Source: Hemiscyllium ocellatum | Taxonomy: Eukaryota | Length of the DNA: 64,000 nt | Assembly: GCF_020745735.1 (NCBI RefSeq) | Contig: NC_083409.1 | Coordinates: 41,250,048 to 41,314,047 of the forward strand | Direction: 5' to 3' | Shown here: positions 50,873 through 62,555 of the stretch, piece after piece | How positions within the stretch are numbered: position 1 is the first letter of the stretch | Layout: every line of letters starts with the position of its first letter | Made by a program: the position numbers and the translations under genes | Notes under the pieces: generated by a model | The model's database searches: none | What the model was told of the DNA's origin: nothing | Seen by the model: only the letters and a program-made list of their open reading frames with translations

Positions 50873-51171
50873 TAGGTTCTTGATTGATAATGGGTTCAAG
50901 AGTTAGGGGGACATGGCAGAAGAATGGGGATGAGAAACATATCAGCCATGATTGAATGGCAGAGCACACTCAAGGGGCTAAAAGGCATCCACACCAGTAT
51001 TTGTTTTTTTTAGTGACATACTGTCACGCAGTGCTCCTGTCAAAGTACAGGCATAAACTGCCCAAAAGCTATTAGCTGAGAATTTTCCTCCCAATCATAG
51101 CATTCATCATCACCTCCTCTTCCAGGTCTCTAGATATCCAAATGCTGTTAGGATTCAATGCCACTATTTCA

Positions 51172-51354
51172 ACTAGGGGAAAATGAGGACTGCAGATGCT
51201 GGAGATCGGAGTTGAGAGTGTTGTGCTAGAAAAGCACAGCAGGTCAGGCAGCATCGGAGCAGCAGGAGAATCGATGTTTCCGCCCTGAAACTTCGATTCT
51301 CCTGCTCCTCAAATACTACCTGACTTGCAGTACTTTTCCAACACCACTCTCTTG
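51172..51354. mobile_element. Penelope-like fold-back insert (decayed)
   Basis: Arms join inside hammerhead helix II (tcgatgtttccgccctgaaacttcga); TSD aatRccactatttca at 51157-51171 and 51355-51369. Confidence 0.85.
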
Positions 51355-51659
51355 AATACCACTATTTCAGTCTGAAATACAATTGTGAAGTTACTTTTAA
51401 GGATCAAGAATTCATTTTTATATCACTTTTCTTTCCAGATATTGCACCTTAACCTATCAATGGCATATTTTCGCACAATCGCCCTTGCGATAAATTTGAG
51501 GCTGATTTATGATGTTCAATTCCTATACTGACTGAGTTACCATGAAGGCCTCACCTTCTCAAACTCAGGTTAAACTCACCATCAGTCATCTCTCTCTGAT
51601 GAGAGAGGCAGCTGTATGGTCCTGTGGGACTATGACAACTTTGAATTGATGAGAGGTAT

Positions 51660-52569
51660 ATGATTTATATATAATTTTTGTTTTACAGTTTGGATTTCAA
51701 ACTAATGATTGTTTGTCTTTTTTTTGAGGAATTTTAATAGTTAACTAGTTCAGACTTTCTAGAACCATGATTTTTCTGTGATGGACCAAAGGGCCTTTTA
51801 ATGTGCTGTAGATCTCTATGATTGCAACAATTATGTACCTCCTGCAATATTAGTGGAATTTTGTTAATATTGTGCAGCTTTATGACAGATGCGAGAAAAT
51901 ATTTAAAAGACTTTAGCTTGCTTTTGGATTTAGAATAATCAACGATTGATTTTAGTTCAGGAAAAAAAACGCAGTGATTGGGCAGTTTTTGTGCCTTGCA
52001 AAAGAGCTTGCCTGATGTCAGATACAAATATAGCATCTTCCAAGGAAAAAGACATAGTTTGGAGCAGGTAAGGAAATAAGTTATGTCGGTGAAACCGAAT
52101 AGTTTGTGAAACTTCCAGACAAAGAGTGCTTGGTTAGAAATCTGCATTAGTTATTCAAAGCTGAGGAGTTCTATGATCTTAGCTGTGTGAATATTCTCGG
52201 GGAAACACTGTACAGCTCACAGGGCAGGAACTGAGGAAAAGCAGCCAAGTCAAAGCTATAGACTGTGGAGTGAAGGAATATTTCTCTGGTTTTTGACTTA
52301 CTGTAAAGTGATACATTGCAAAGTAGAATGGGATTTTGTTTTACCATGTGTTTTAAATTTTTGCTAAGTGTAGGTAGCTTGTTTTTTTTTTCACTTTTGT
52401 GTAACAAATGTCAGTTTTATTGTTAAAAGTAAATCTGCAGCCTAATGTGCTTATCTTTCAGTGAAAGACTGCTGCTTTAAATTGAAGTAAAGGAAAAAAT
52501 GGTCTATTGGGCCGGATTTCATTCTGGCTTCTGATATATTTAGTTGTAACATCAGCTGGAGTAACACAA
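51660..52569 (+). mobile_element. Possible LTR-like repeat
   Basis: Composition and 3' end (cagctggagtaacaca) resemble LTR repeats; the 5' boundary is unclear. Confidence 0.3.
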
Positions 52570-52689
52570 TGTCCAGCACAAGGTTCATAAGAGTCAAATT
52601 TAAAATAGATTTTCACTGTATAAACAAATGGAAGGCAGGTACACGTGAGTAATCTAAGAGCACATTTCACCAAGCATCTCAGGCGGGCC

Positions 52690-53190
52690 CATAAGGGCAA
52701 ACCTGACCTCCTGGTCACAACCACCCGACTCCCCTTCCCACTCCCTCTCCACCATGTCCATCCTTGGCCTCCTCCATTGTCACAGTGAATCAGACCCCAA
52801 TTTGGGGGGACAATGCCTCAGCCTGGGCAGCCGACAGCCCGAAGGATTCAACATTGAGTTCTCCAATTACAAATAACCTCCCTTCCCATCTGCTGACTCT
52901 CTTTCCAGCCCCTCCCCCACCCTTCCACCCTTCTGACTGACACCTCTTTCCAGTTACCAACTGGATTCATTCCTCCCTTTGACCAACCACCTCGTAGTAC
53001 CTACCTGCTGTGCTCACCTACCACCACCTCACCACAACTCCCCTCTCCAGACCCATAACTCTTCTCCACACCCATCCACCTTTATCTGCAACTCCCCCTA
53101 CCTGGACCTCCAGTTTTATACCTGAAACATCTCTCCACCTCTTGATGCTGCCTGGCTTGCTGTGCTCTTCCAGCCTCCTGCTTGTCTACT
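52690..53190 (+). mobile_element. Penelope-like fragment, third variant
   Basis: MSILGLLHC..LGSRQPEGFNIEFSN remnant, C-rich linker, gatgctgcctggcttgctgtgctcttccagc. Confidence 0.75.
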
Positions 53191-53460
53191 GGAAATATCT
53201 GAGAGGCAATTTCTCCATTCTAGTCCCAATCATTTCTCTTGTTTCCACCAGGTAGGTGAGGTATCAACCTGAAACAAGTGGTATCCTTGTGAGTTAATGC
53301 GACTGGGTGTTATTGTGCATTTGGGATGAGATTACTCTCCACTATCCCTATTGGATAGAAAGTGATGTGGAGACAGAAGTTTCCCTTGTAGAAACAGGAG
53401 CATGAACATTTGTGCAGGTGTCACAAGGGCAATTGCAATTGGAAATTAACATTCTCCTCT

Positions 53461-53461
<1 letters not shown>

Positions 53462-53491
<30 letters not shown>
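53462..53491. repeat. (AC)n microsatellite
   Basis: Direct reading. Confidence 0.95.
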
Positions 53492-53493
<2 letters not shown>

Positions 53494-53956
53494 ACTAATG
53501 GTGATCGAGGACTGCATGATCTTTACCTGTCAACAACCCATCTATATCCTCTGCTTGCCTATGATAACTTGAAGATTTGGTGATTTGAACTGAGTTGGCT
53601 CATGGACTCTCTCTCTCTATAGCAATGCTCCTGGATTCCTACCTGCTATTGTTGCAACAGATTTGAATATCTGCGTGCTGGGACATCTGATTACTTCATT
53701 ATGCACTGGCATTCAAAATCACAGCAGCAGGAAGTAAGAAACTAAATTGGTGTTATGTGGGCACGGAAGACAGGTGTTTGTTTCTGTTAAATTCTGACTC
53801 TACAAAATAACATCAGTTGGCAGGTGTGATGCTTGCTGCTAACTCAGAGAACGTCACAGAGAGCCAAACAATCTGTGAATGAGATCTAAGGCAGCAGCCG
53901 ACTAAGAAGGAATGGTGTGTGAGAGACGGAAGTAAACAATCACAATTACTATCACA

Positions 53957-55065
53957 AGAACATAAGAGATAGGAGCAGAAGTAGGCCATTCAGCCCCTCG
54001 AGCCTGCCCTACTATTCAACAAGACCATAGCTGATCTACCCCATGCTTAAATTCCTCTTTCATGCCAACTCACCACAGCCCTCAACTCCCTGAAATTTCA
54101 GCAATCTCTTGAAATATGTACGGTGATCTAGTCTACAGATCTTGGGGATAGAGAATTCCAGACACTCATTAGAATGTGAGAAGGAATTCCTTTGCATTTC
54201 AGTTTTAAAAGAATGCCCCCTTATTCTGTGACTGTGACCCTCTAGTTCAAGATTCCTCACAAATGGAAGCATCTCCTCATCATCTGCCTGTCAAACTCTG
54301 TTAGTACTTTGTATGTTTCAATAAGGCTCAGTGGTTAGACTTGGCTTTGATTCCAGTTTCAGGTGACTGTCTGTGTGGAGTTTTTACCTTCTTCCTGTAC
54401 CTGCGTGAGTCTTCTCTGGGTACTGCAGTTTCCATCCAGAATCAGCATGCACAGGTGGATCGGCCATGCTAAATTGCCGATAGTGTCCAGGGACTTCCAG
54501 CCAGGTTGGTTATCCGTGGGAAATACAGGCTGTAGGTCTGGGTGAGATCCTCTTTGGAGAGGCAGTGTGGGCTCGATGGGCTAAATGGCCTGCTTTCAGA
54601 AGATCACCACTCATTGTTCTAAATGCGAATGAGTAAAGGCCTAACCTGTTTAGCTGTTCTTGATTTTGCAATATCTTCATTCTAGGAATCAGCCTGAATC
54701 TCTCCTGAATAGCCATCAATGCCTATATATTCACTTTTTTAAATGCAGGGACCAAAACTGTACACAGTATTCCAGGTAAGACCCTGCCAACACACTGTAC
54801 AGTTGCTTACAAGACTTCCAGATCTTTAAACACCAGCCCCATAACTATAAAGGTGGAGTGGACTCGATGGGCCGAATGGCCTTACTTCCACTCCTATATC
54901 TTATGGTCTTATAGCCAAAATTCCATTTGATTTCTTAATTACTTGCTGCATCTGCACACTAACATGTTATGTTTCATGTATAAGAACAACCAAATCTCTC
55001 TGTGCTGTTCTTTTTACAGCCTTTCTCCATTTAAATAATAGTGTGCCTTGATCCTTCCTACTAAA
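53957..55065 (-). mobile_element. CR1 subfamily 2 fragment with a nested SINE and a short + strand CR1 tail (~54852-54912)
   Basis: Reverse tail aagaacataagagataggagcagaagtaggccattc; minus peptide LNRLGLYSFAFR. Confidence 0.8.
54325..54597 (+). mobile_element. HE1-type SINE (decayed)
   Basis: ggctcagtggttag, ctgtctgtgtggagttt, ggccatgctaaattgcc. Confidence 0.75.
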
Positions 55066-56364
55066 GTACCACCAACAGAATCCGTGAACATCACAACAAG
55101 ATAATAGATTGAGTGTGGATGTTTCACAGATTCCACTGTGAAAGGGCTGTGTTAGATTGGCTCAATTCTACACTTGCTCTGGTTTAACCCCTGCATTTAA
55201 TCATTCTGGGAATGCCAAAGTGGATCAAGTGTTGCCTGACTTTCCTGAATACCAGGCTCTTTCCTGTGGTTCACTTCACTTGAACCAAGTTGTGAAAGCA
55301 GAATGGCGAGCGCAAACTAATGATCTTGACCACCATCACTCCAACCCTCATTTCAAAACAGATTCCAACCTATAACATACTCTGCAGCTTGGCAGGACCT
55401 TCACAACCCTTACTAAACCTGTGGATTGTGGAATATATGTATGTATTCTGGTTTCTTAAATTAAAAAATGAATTTTAAGTATATTCCTTCTGATAATGTC
55501 ATTTTGAAAAATGTTGCAGGGAGAAGCTGGAGCTTTATGAATTCGGTTATTATTTCCAGCATGCCAGGTTGCATTAATAACAAAATGTCAAATTATAAAC
55601 TATGAATTCTGCAGCAGTCGATGTATTTAAATTTAAACATATTGCAGACTTAAATAGCTCCAAGCTTCTCTCTCTCAATATTGTATTAACAGGTAAGTAA
55701 AACCTATTACTTTCCCTGATTAAATGAATTATATTTTGTGTGTGGAATTTGTGGGTAATTATTCCTCGAACTGAGCAAATATACTTAAGCAATTCTAACT
55801 GATATGGTAATGGGGTGGTCTGAATGATGTTGAATGCATTAGATAGGAAGGGAGAGATTAGCAAAGTTTTCTGATTCACCCCCACATCCAATGCCTCTCA
55901 TCTTAACATCGGAAATGAATTTGCAATGGAGCTGCACTGAAGCACTTCATTCATTAGCCACTTCCTTCAAAGCAGCTTGATTCATGCAGTGTTCAAGTAT
56001 AGATCAAATTAAAGAACATTCGGAGTGATGTCTAATAGATGGCATTTTCATTCATCAAGGATCCTTAATCTGCTTTAGACAAAGCCTTTTTTATTGAGGA
56101 TTTTGAATCATTTGAGTCATTTGTTCAGTCTCCTGGGATGACAACAAGTCCTCAGACTCTAGCTGTTAATTGGAGTAGATTGTGTTGTCTACTTACATTC
56201 CCTCTGTTCACCCTGATTATTCCCAACCTTAAACACACATTCATGAAAAGTACATTGTAGACAAATATCAGATTTAATGAAATAAGATTCTGTTTCTGCT
56301 TTGTGTTAAACATGTTTCTGCAAATCCTTCAGTTCTTTTTTTATTAGTTGAAGGGGTGTGAACA

Positions 56365-56660
56365 TCTTAGACTGGACCAGCATTTACTGCCCATCTATCA
56401 TTGTCCTTGAGAAGGTGATGGTGATGGGCCGCCTTGAACTGCTGCAGTTCATTCAGTGTAAGGACACCCGCAGGTGTTACCAAAAGAGTTCCAGGTTTTG
56501 ACCCAACAATAATGAAGGAATGACAATGTAGTTCCAAGTCAGGATGGTGAGTGGCTTGGAGGGGGTCACTGGTTGATTCCTATGTATCTGCTGCCTTTGT
56601 CCTGCTGGGTGGTAGAGGTTGCAGATTTGGAAGATGCTATCAAAGCAGTCTTGGTGAATT
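56365..56660 (-). mobile_element. 3' fragment of the CR1/L2-group LINE
   Basis: ccagcatttactgcccatc..cttgagaaggtg..ttccaagtcaggatggtgagtggcttggaggg is the reverse of ~23730-23970. Confidence 0.8.
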
Positions 56661-58694
56661 AATTTTACTATAAACAATGCATTTGGATAAATGCTTGTTA
56701 CTTGACAAATTTTATAAAACGTACAAAAGGAAATATGCTTTCATTTCAAGGCTGGTGTTTTCTGTTTCTGTCTCCATGACTTTCCATCAATTCCATTCAA
56801 CCTTGGATTTCTACCCATGGGCGCTCAGGTTTTGGATTATTGAGTCCACCTTCAGGGTTGAAATGACGTAGAGTGATGCCAACAATGCAGGTTCCATTCC
56901 TGTACTGGCTGAAGTCACCAGGAAGGATCCTTTTTTTCAACCCCATCCCTTGCCTGACACACAATGATCCTTGGGCCGAACTCACTCTCTAATAAACAAC
57001 TGGCAAGAACCAGGAACGGCTTTCATGGCAATAGAGCATACCACTGAATGTATTGCTACTACTCCCTGAACTGCAATATGAATAATACCATGTCACCAGT
57101 TAAAGGTGTGCAGATTCAGCAATACCCACCTGCCACTTTGCAACTCAGACATCATGGCCTTGGCTTCTCAGCTTATTCTCATATCGGAAAGAAGGCAATA
57201 CTTTCCAGCAGCTAAAGTTGTGCCAAAATCTGTTTATTCAATAGTTACTTGATGGGATTCTTCCTTCACTGTCATGGAAAGGCCAAAGATAGCTTTTGCA
57301 TACAGCACTGTAGCAGTTGTTGATATATTGGCCACCTCAACATTCTGGAAGAAGAAACCCACATGCTTGCCTTATTTGTCAGTGAATACGTAATCAAGAT
57401 TTCAGGTGTAAGGTTTTGGAAATAAACATGCCTGCTCTAAGGCTGATATAATTTCAGAGTATTCAAAGATTGGGTGTAAGTTACAGCTCACAATTTTGGA
57501 ACTCTTCACCCTTTGATCCAATGTAGAGACTGGAGAAACTGTATCTATTGAATACCTCAAATTCTAAACCACTAAAGAGACCTGTTATAAGTCATCTTGA
57601 GAAAAAACTGTTTTTTTGCTCTCCCACTCAGTGTAGACTGTGAGATTATAGATTCCAGTTATAGATATACATGAGAAATTGGGACTGCTAGTGTGTCTCA
57701 CAGTTCATACTTTCAAGATGTCCCATTGAACCAGGCAAAGCTATTTACAATGATAATGCCTAAGCTTTTGCTCAGACAGACAAATATAGGGTGATATGGT
57801 CAAAGACCATGAGGAGAACAAAAGAGTTAATAGTTTCAGATATGCAGATAAATCAAATGACAGATTGTCCGTTGATGTAATTAAATGGTTTAAAATATAT
57901 TAATTCTCTTGCCAGCTAAATTCCTATGAAAATTCAACTTTTTATGAGCAATGTGTCAAAAAATTGTAGGGTTTTTTACTTCCAATTAGTTAATGTAGCC
58001 CTTCAGATTTTCATGAAAAGTGATGACTCACTTTATCAGGCTTTGCCCAATGTACTCATTTTTCACTTGTTTTTTTACTCCTTTAGAAGATTGCACTATT
58101 ACAAACTTTTCTAAATATATTCTTCAGACTTAATGCGGAACTGAAACTTGTTGAGAGCTAGACCGTGCCTGTAGGGTTAATAGGGTTGTTTTTGAAGGAT
58201 TAAAGAAGCTATTATTATTGGAGAGATGTATAAGGTACAAAATTCATTCACTCCAGTTTTTAAGTCCAGAGTCGTGCTCACTGTCATATATTTCTCAGTA
58301 TGTAAGAGACAGAATTTGTCCATGCTGATCATCTCATCTGAATGATTTCTATGCAGTTTCTTGCATCACCATTGCTGATCTCTTCGGCGCAGTGCTGTCA
58401 GTCAGTATTGCCCTCCACAACAGCCAGCGTAACAATGGCAGCATTGTTAAACATCACATGATGCAAATACGGGCTGCCTCTTATAAAAAGGTTGTATTTT
58501 TAAAAATGTTGAATTTCTGCACTGATGCAACGCAGATAGTGGATTCCAGATTGATGAATGTAGTGGTGGATCATTAATAAAGTAGGTGGACTGGGGGAAA
58601 CACCTTATGGTATCATGGGTCAGGGTAGGAGGTAGGGTCAGGAGACCCTCTAACCATCCAAAAGGGAGTGGAAGCAAATGACGAGGACATTCAG

Positions 58695-59772
58695 CCCTTG
58701 AAATTTGGACCAGGATACAGAATTGGCTCGAAGGTAGAAGACAGAGGGTGGTGGTGGAGGGTTGTTTTTCAGACTAGAGGCCTGTGAGCAGTGGAGTGCC
58801 ACAAGGATCGGTGCTGGGCCCTCTACTTTTTGTCATTTACATAAATGATTTGGATGCTAGCTTAAGAGGTACAGTTAGTATGTTTGCAGATGACACCAAA
58901 ATTGGAGGTGTAGTGGACAGCGAAGAGGGTTACCTCAGATTACCACAGGATCTGGACCAGATGGACCAGTGGGCTGAGAAGTGGCAGATGGAGTTTAATT
59001 CAGATAAATGTGAGGTGCTGCATTTTGGGAAAGCAAACCTTAGCAGGATTTATACACTTAATGGTAAGGTCCTAGAGAGTGTTGCTGAACAAAGAAACCT
59101 TGGAGTACAGGTTCATAGCTCCTTGAAAGTGGAGTCACAGGTAGATAGGATAGTGAAGAAGGCGTTTGGTATGCTTTCCTTTATTGGTCAGAGTATTGAG
59201 TACAAGAGTTGGTTAGGCCACTGTTGGAATATTGCATGCAATTCTGGTCTCCTTCCTACTTGAAAGATGTTGTGAAACTTGAAAGGGTTCAGAAAAGGTT
59301 TACAAGGATGTTGCCAGGGTTGGAGGATTTGAGCTATAGGGAGATGCTGAACAGGCTGGGGCTGTTTTCTCTGGAGCGTTGGAGGCGGAGGGGTGACTTT
59401 ATAGAGGTTTACAAAATTATGAGGGGCATGAATAGGATAAATAGACAAAGTCTTTTCCTTGGGGTCGGGGAGTCCAGAACTTGAGGCCATAGGTTTAGGG
59501 TGAGAGGGGAATGATATAAAAGAGACCTAAGGGGCAACTTTTTTACACAGAGGGTGATGCATGTATGGAATGACATGCCAGAGGAAGTGGTGGAGGCTGG
59601 TACAATTACAACATTTAAAAGACATCTGGATGGGTATATGATCAGGAAGGGTTTTGCGGGATATGGGCCAAATGTTGGCAAATAGGACTAGGTCAGATTG
59701 AGATGTGTAGTCGGTGCAGACGTGTTGGACTAAAGGGTCTATTTCCGTGCTGTATGACTTTATGTCTCCATA
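58695..59772 (+). mobile_element. CR1 (HER1-like) LINE, 5'-truncated, relatively young
   Basis: SGVPQGSVLGPLLFVIYINDL..FADDTK..KWQMEFN..KCEVLHFG; VRPLLEYC. Confidence 0.95.
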
Positions 59773-59789
59773 ACAGTCGGTAGTCATGG

Positions 59790-61790
59790 TCATCCATGCC
59801 ACCCAAAACCTTTCAATCAGTTATCTTTCTTCTTTCACTCCCACAACATCTCAATGTAGTTCCTGGTTCCAACAGCTGGGATGGAGAGAGTCTGCTGACC
59901 AGGTGAGCCCACAAACCATGGAGGTTTACTGGTGAACAGTAGGGGCAGGACTATCTGGACAGCCCAGGCATTCTGAGGCTTTAGTTGCCAGAGGCAACTG
60001 AATCCTCTGTGGCTGCAATTTCCAAGGTGGGATGGGTTTACAGGCAGTGGAGAAGCAGAGGGCCTGACCACCTCTGGAGTGTCCTAAGACAAAACCTCTG
60101 AGGGTTTTGTGTGGGTTACCTGTAACCACCCTGTCTCTTTGTGAGGAAGGGGCACCTAGAGTGGTTTCCACGTTCCCTTCGGTCTGATGTCCAGTGTCTG
60201 CTGTGATGGAGTGCAGGTTTTTGCCTCCCTCCAGCAGCCCCTGAGGGGTCTGGACCTGCCCCTCTCCCTGGCAGCTGCCAACCTGTTCATGGGAGCAGTC
60301 AGACAGTCACGTGGCTTGCAGACTGCTGCAGTGAGGGTCATAGTGTCCGTCATCCCTGCCTGCTGCTGCTGCCCCTCCCTGTGCATGGGGACAAACTCCC
60401 TGATTGCTGAGCCCACCAGGAGGCTGCTCTCCTGCCTGGGCCTGAGCAGGAGCCTGGTCCCCTCCTGAGAGCCAGCGGCCTGGGCTGTTCCTTCCTCAGC
60501 CAGCTGTGGGGCTGACCCAGTGAGGGGCTCAGCAGATTGGGAACCCCACACTGTCCCAGTGAGGGGCTCAGCAGATTGGGAATCCCACACTGTCCCAGTG
60601 AGGGGCTCAGCAGATTGGGAACTCCGCACTGACTCCAATATTCCCACAGAGAGGGCAGTACTTGGGCTGGTGGTGGGTACAGGAGGCTGGATGCTTCCTC
60701 TAAAGCCTCAGTATTGTCTTGCCCTGAGGTGGGGGGAGGTGGCTGCTAGGGGAGCCAATCCTTTCACCGTGGAAGTTGTGGGTAGTACACAGGAGAAAAG
60801 GATTTAGAAATGGTGTGCAATGGCTGACACTTTTGGCAAGGTTAATGTGAGAAGTGTAGGAGAATGAAGAGTGGGGGGGCTTGGTGCAGGTTATAGTGAG
60901 AGTGGTAGAGCATGAGCCTTGGTTGCAGGTGAATACACTTGCAGAGATAAAATGAGTACAAGGTACCAGAGAGACAATTGTGAGGTTTACCTGGTGAAGC
61001 GATAAAAGTTATTCACCATCTTATGGTAACAGCTGTCCATTTCTCCAGAACATAGTGATTGTGCTGACCAAGGTGACAACGTTGGACCAGACCTCTAGGA
61101 TCTGGGGGGGATGCAGCCTCTTCTGCTGATCCTACACGAAAAGAACTGCACTCCTTTGGATAACCCCCTCCATCAGGACCTGCGGTCCCTGTCAGGGAAT
61201 CATAATCACATTTGCTCCCCTTCTGACTTTGTTCGATCTCATGTTGTCCAATGAGAATCCAAGTGTGGCGGTAGACTCAGGTACAACTTTATTTCGGTAC
61301 AACTCTTCTCACACACATTTCAAACTGTATGCAATTAAAACTTAGAATGTACACATCCCTCCCTTTAATGCTATTGGTCAGTGGTGCTAAGATGTCCCTC
61401 TGTAATTGGATGCCTGGTACAGCACCTTAAAGAGATGGACAGACTGGTGGTCCATCCATGGTCATGATATTTTAACAGACTTTAATGATAAGGGGGCGGG
61501 GGGCTCTTCTGTTGCCTGAATCTCTTCTTTGGTGATTTTTCATATATATGTGAATTTATAGTTACTTTGGAATCCATATCTTTGATTATCTGAAGAATCT
61601 TAACTAAAGTCTACTCTTAATATTGTAACAGGTTGATTAAATAATTCAAGAGAAATGGGCACTTAGTATAAAATGTTCTTATCTATTTAAGAAATTGCAG
61701 CTGTACATTCCACCCCAACCAGTAACCTTGATTAAACTGTCCTGCTATTGTTTGACGTGCTGAGACTGCATTAAGAAAATATTCTCCCAG
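59790..61790 (-). mobile_element. Decayed PIF/Harbinger-type remnant with a Myb/SANT-like (trihelix) gene
   Basis: Minus 61200-60990 reads (frameshifted) FPDRD.QVLMEGVIQRSAVLFV*DQQKR..EVWSNVVTLVSTI...RNGQ..HKMVNNFYRFTR, then a donor ag/gtaaac. A GC-rich downstream exon-like ORF lies at 60156-60647. Confidence 0.55.
60516..60627. repeat. 39-bp tandem repeat, ~2.9 copies
   Basis: Unit cccagtgaggggctcagcagattgggaa(c/t)cccacactgt; encodes SQSAEPLTGTVW(D/G) on the minus strand. Confidence 0.95.
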
Positions 61791-61860
61791 GCTCCCTACC
61801 TACTGTCAGCCATGTTCTGCTGCAGAGTTAGTCAGGGGCAAGTTGCCAGCTATAAACTGA

Positions 61861-62205
61861 AACATACAGAATACTGAAAGGCCTGGACAGAGTAGATGTT
61901 GGGAAGATGTTTCCATTGGTAGGAGAGAGGGCATAGCCGTAGAGTAAAGGGAAGATCTTTTAGAATGGAGATAAGGGCAACCTTTTTCAGCCAGAGAGTG
62001 TTGAATCTGTGGAATTCATTGCCATAGAGCCTGTGGAGGCCAGGTCATTGAGTATATTTAAGACTGAGATAGATAGGTTCTTGAGTATCAAGGAGATCAA
62101 GGATTACAGGGATGTGGGAGAATGGGGTTGAGAAACTTACCAGCCATGATTGAATTAGTGAGCAGACTTGATGGGCTGAATAGCCTAATTTATGCTCCTA
62201 GGTCT
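61861..62205 (+). mobile_element. CR1 subfamily 2, 3' fragment
   Basis: ILKGLDRVDVGKMFPLVG, LWNSLP; cagccatgattgaa tail. Confidence 0.85.
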
Positions 62206-62219
62206 TTTTAGAACTAAAG

Positions 62220-62282
62220 TTAGAATCCCTACAGTGTGGAAACAGGCCTTTAGGCCCAACAAGTCCACACCAAACCTCCGAA
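62220..62282 (-). mobile_element. HE1 SINE 3' tail fragment
   Basis: ccctacagtgtggaaacaggcc..ggcccaacaagtccacacc. Confidence 0.75.
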
Positions 62283-62442
62283 GAATGAAGAGTCTTATGG
62301 TCTTATTTTGTGCCGCTCAGTCATGAGCAGTCCCTTCAGACTTTGACTGAGCAGGATTACTTTGCCATGTCAGTGTTCATTTGGGTGCTGGGGACACTGG
62401 TCATTCTGTAGATGACTGGTGAGGGGTGTGTGGTTCCAAGAA

Positions 62443-62555
62443 CATTGGAGGGATATGGGCCAGGAGCAGGCAGGTGAGACTAGTTTAGTTTGGGATTATG
62501 TTCAGCATGGACTGGTTGGACCGAAGGGTCTGTTTCCATGCTGTATGACTCTATA
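62443..62555 (+). mobile_element. CR1 extreme 3' end
   Basis: ggttggaccgaagggtctgtttccatgctgtatgactctat. Confidence 0.85.

Larger units (their letters stand above)
46985..50985 (+). mobile_element. Near full-length decayed CR1 subfamily 2 (5' UTR, partial ORF1, ORF2)
   Basis: ORF1 MMWELV..YICNK; ORF2 LYLNA..VVGITELWL, IYLDFQKAFDKV, VTSGVPQGS, FADD, VRPHLEYC, LWNSLP. Confidence 0.88.

Noticed and set aside
58357-58490. Open frame SCITIADLFGAVLSVSIALHNSQRNNGSIVKHHMMQIRAASYKK as an exon
   Set aside because: Weak splice signals and no recognised protein; a regulatory or transposon origin is at least as likely.
60516-60627. 39-bp repeats as a CRISPR-like array
   Set aside because: Contiguous tandem units with no spacers, in a eukaryotic context.
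61242-61477. Small TGTT...AACA LTR-like segment
   Set aside because: No TSD or second copy in the window; not supportable.
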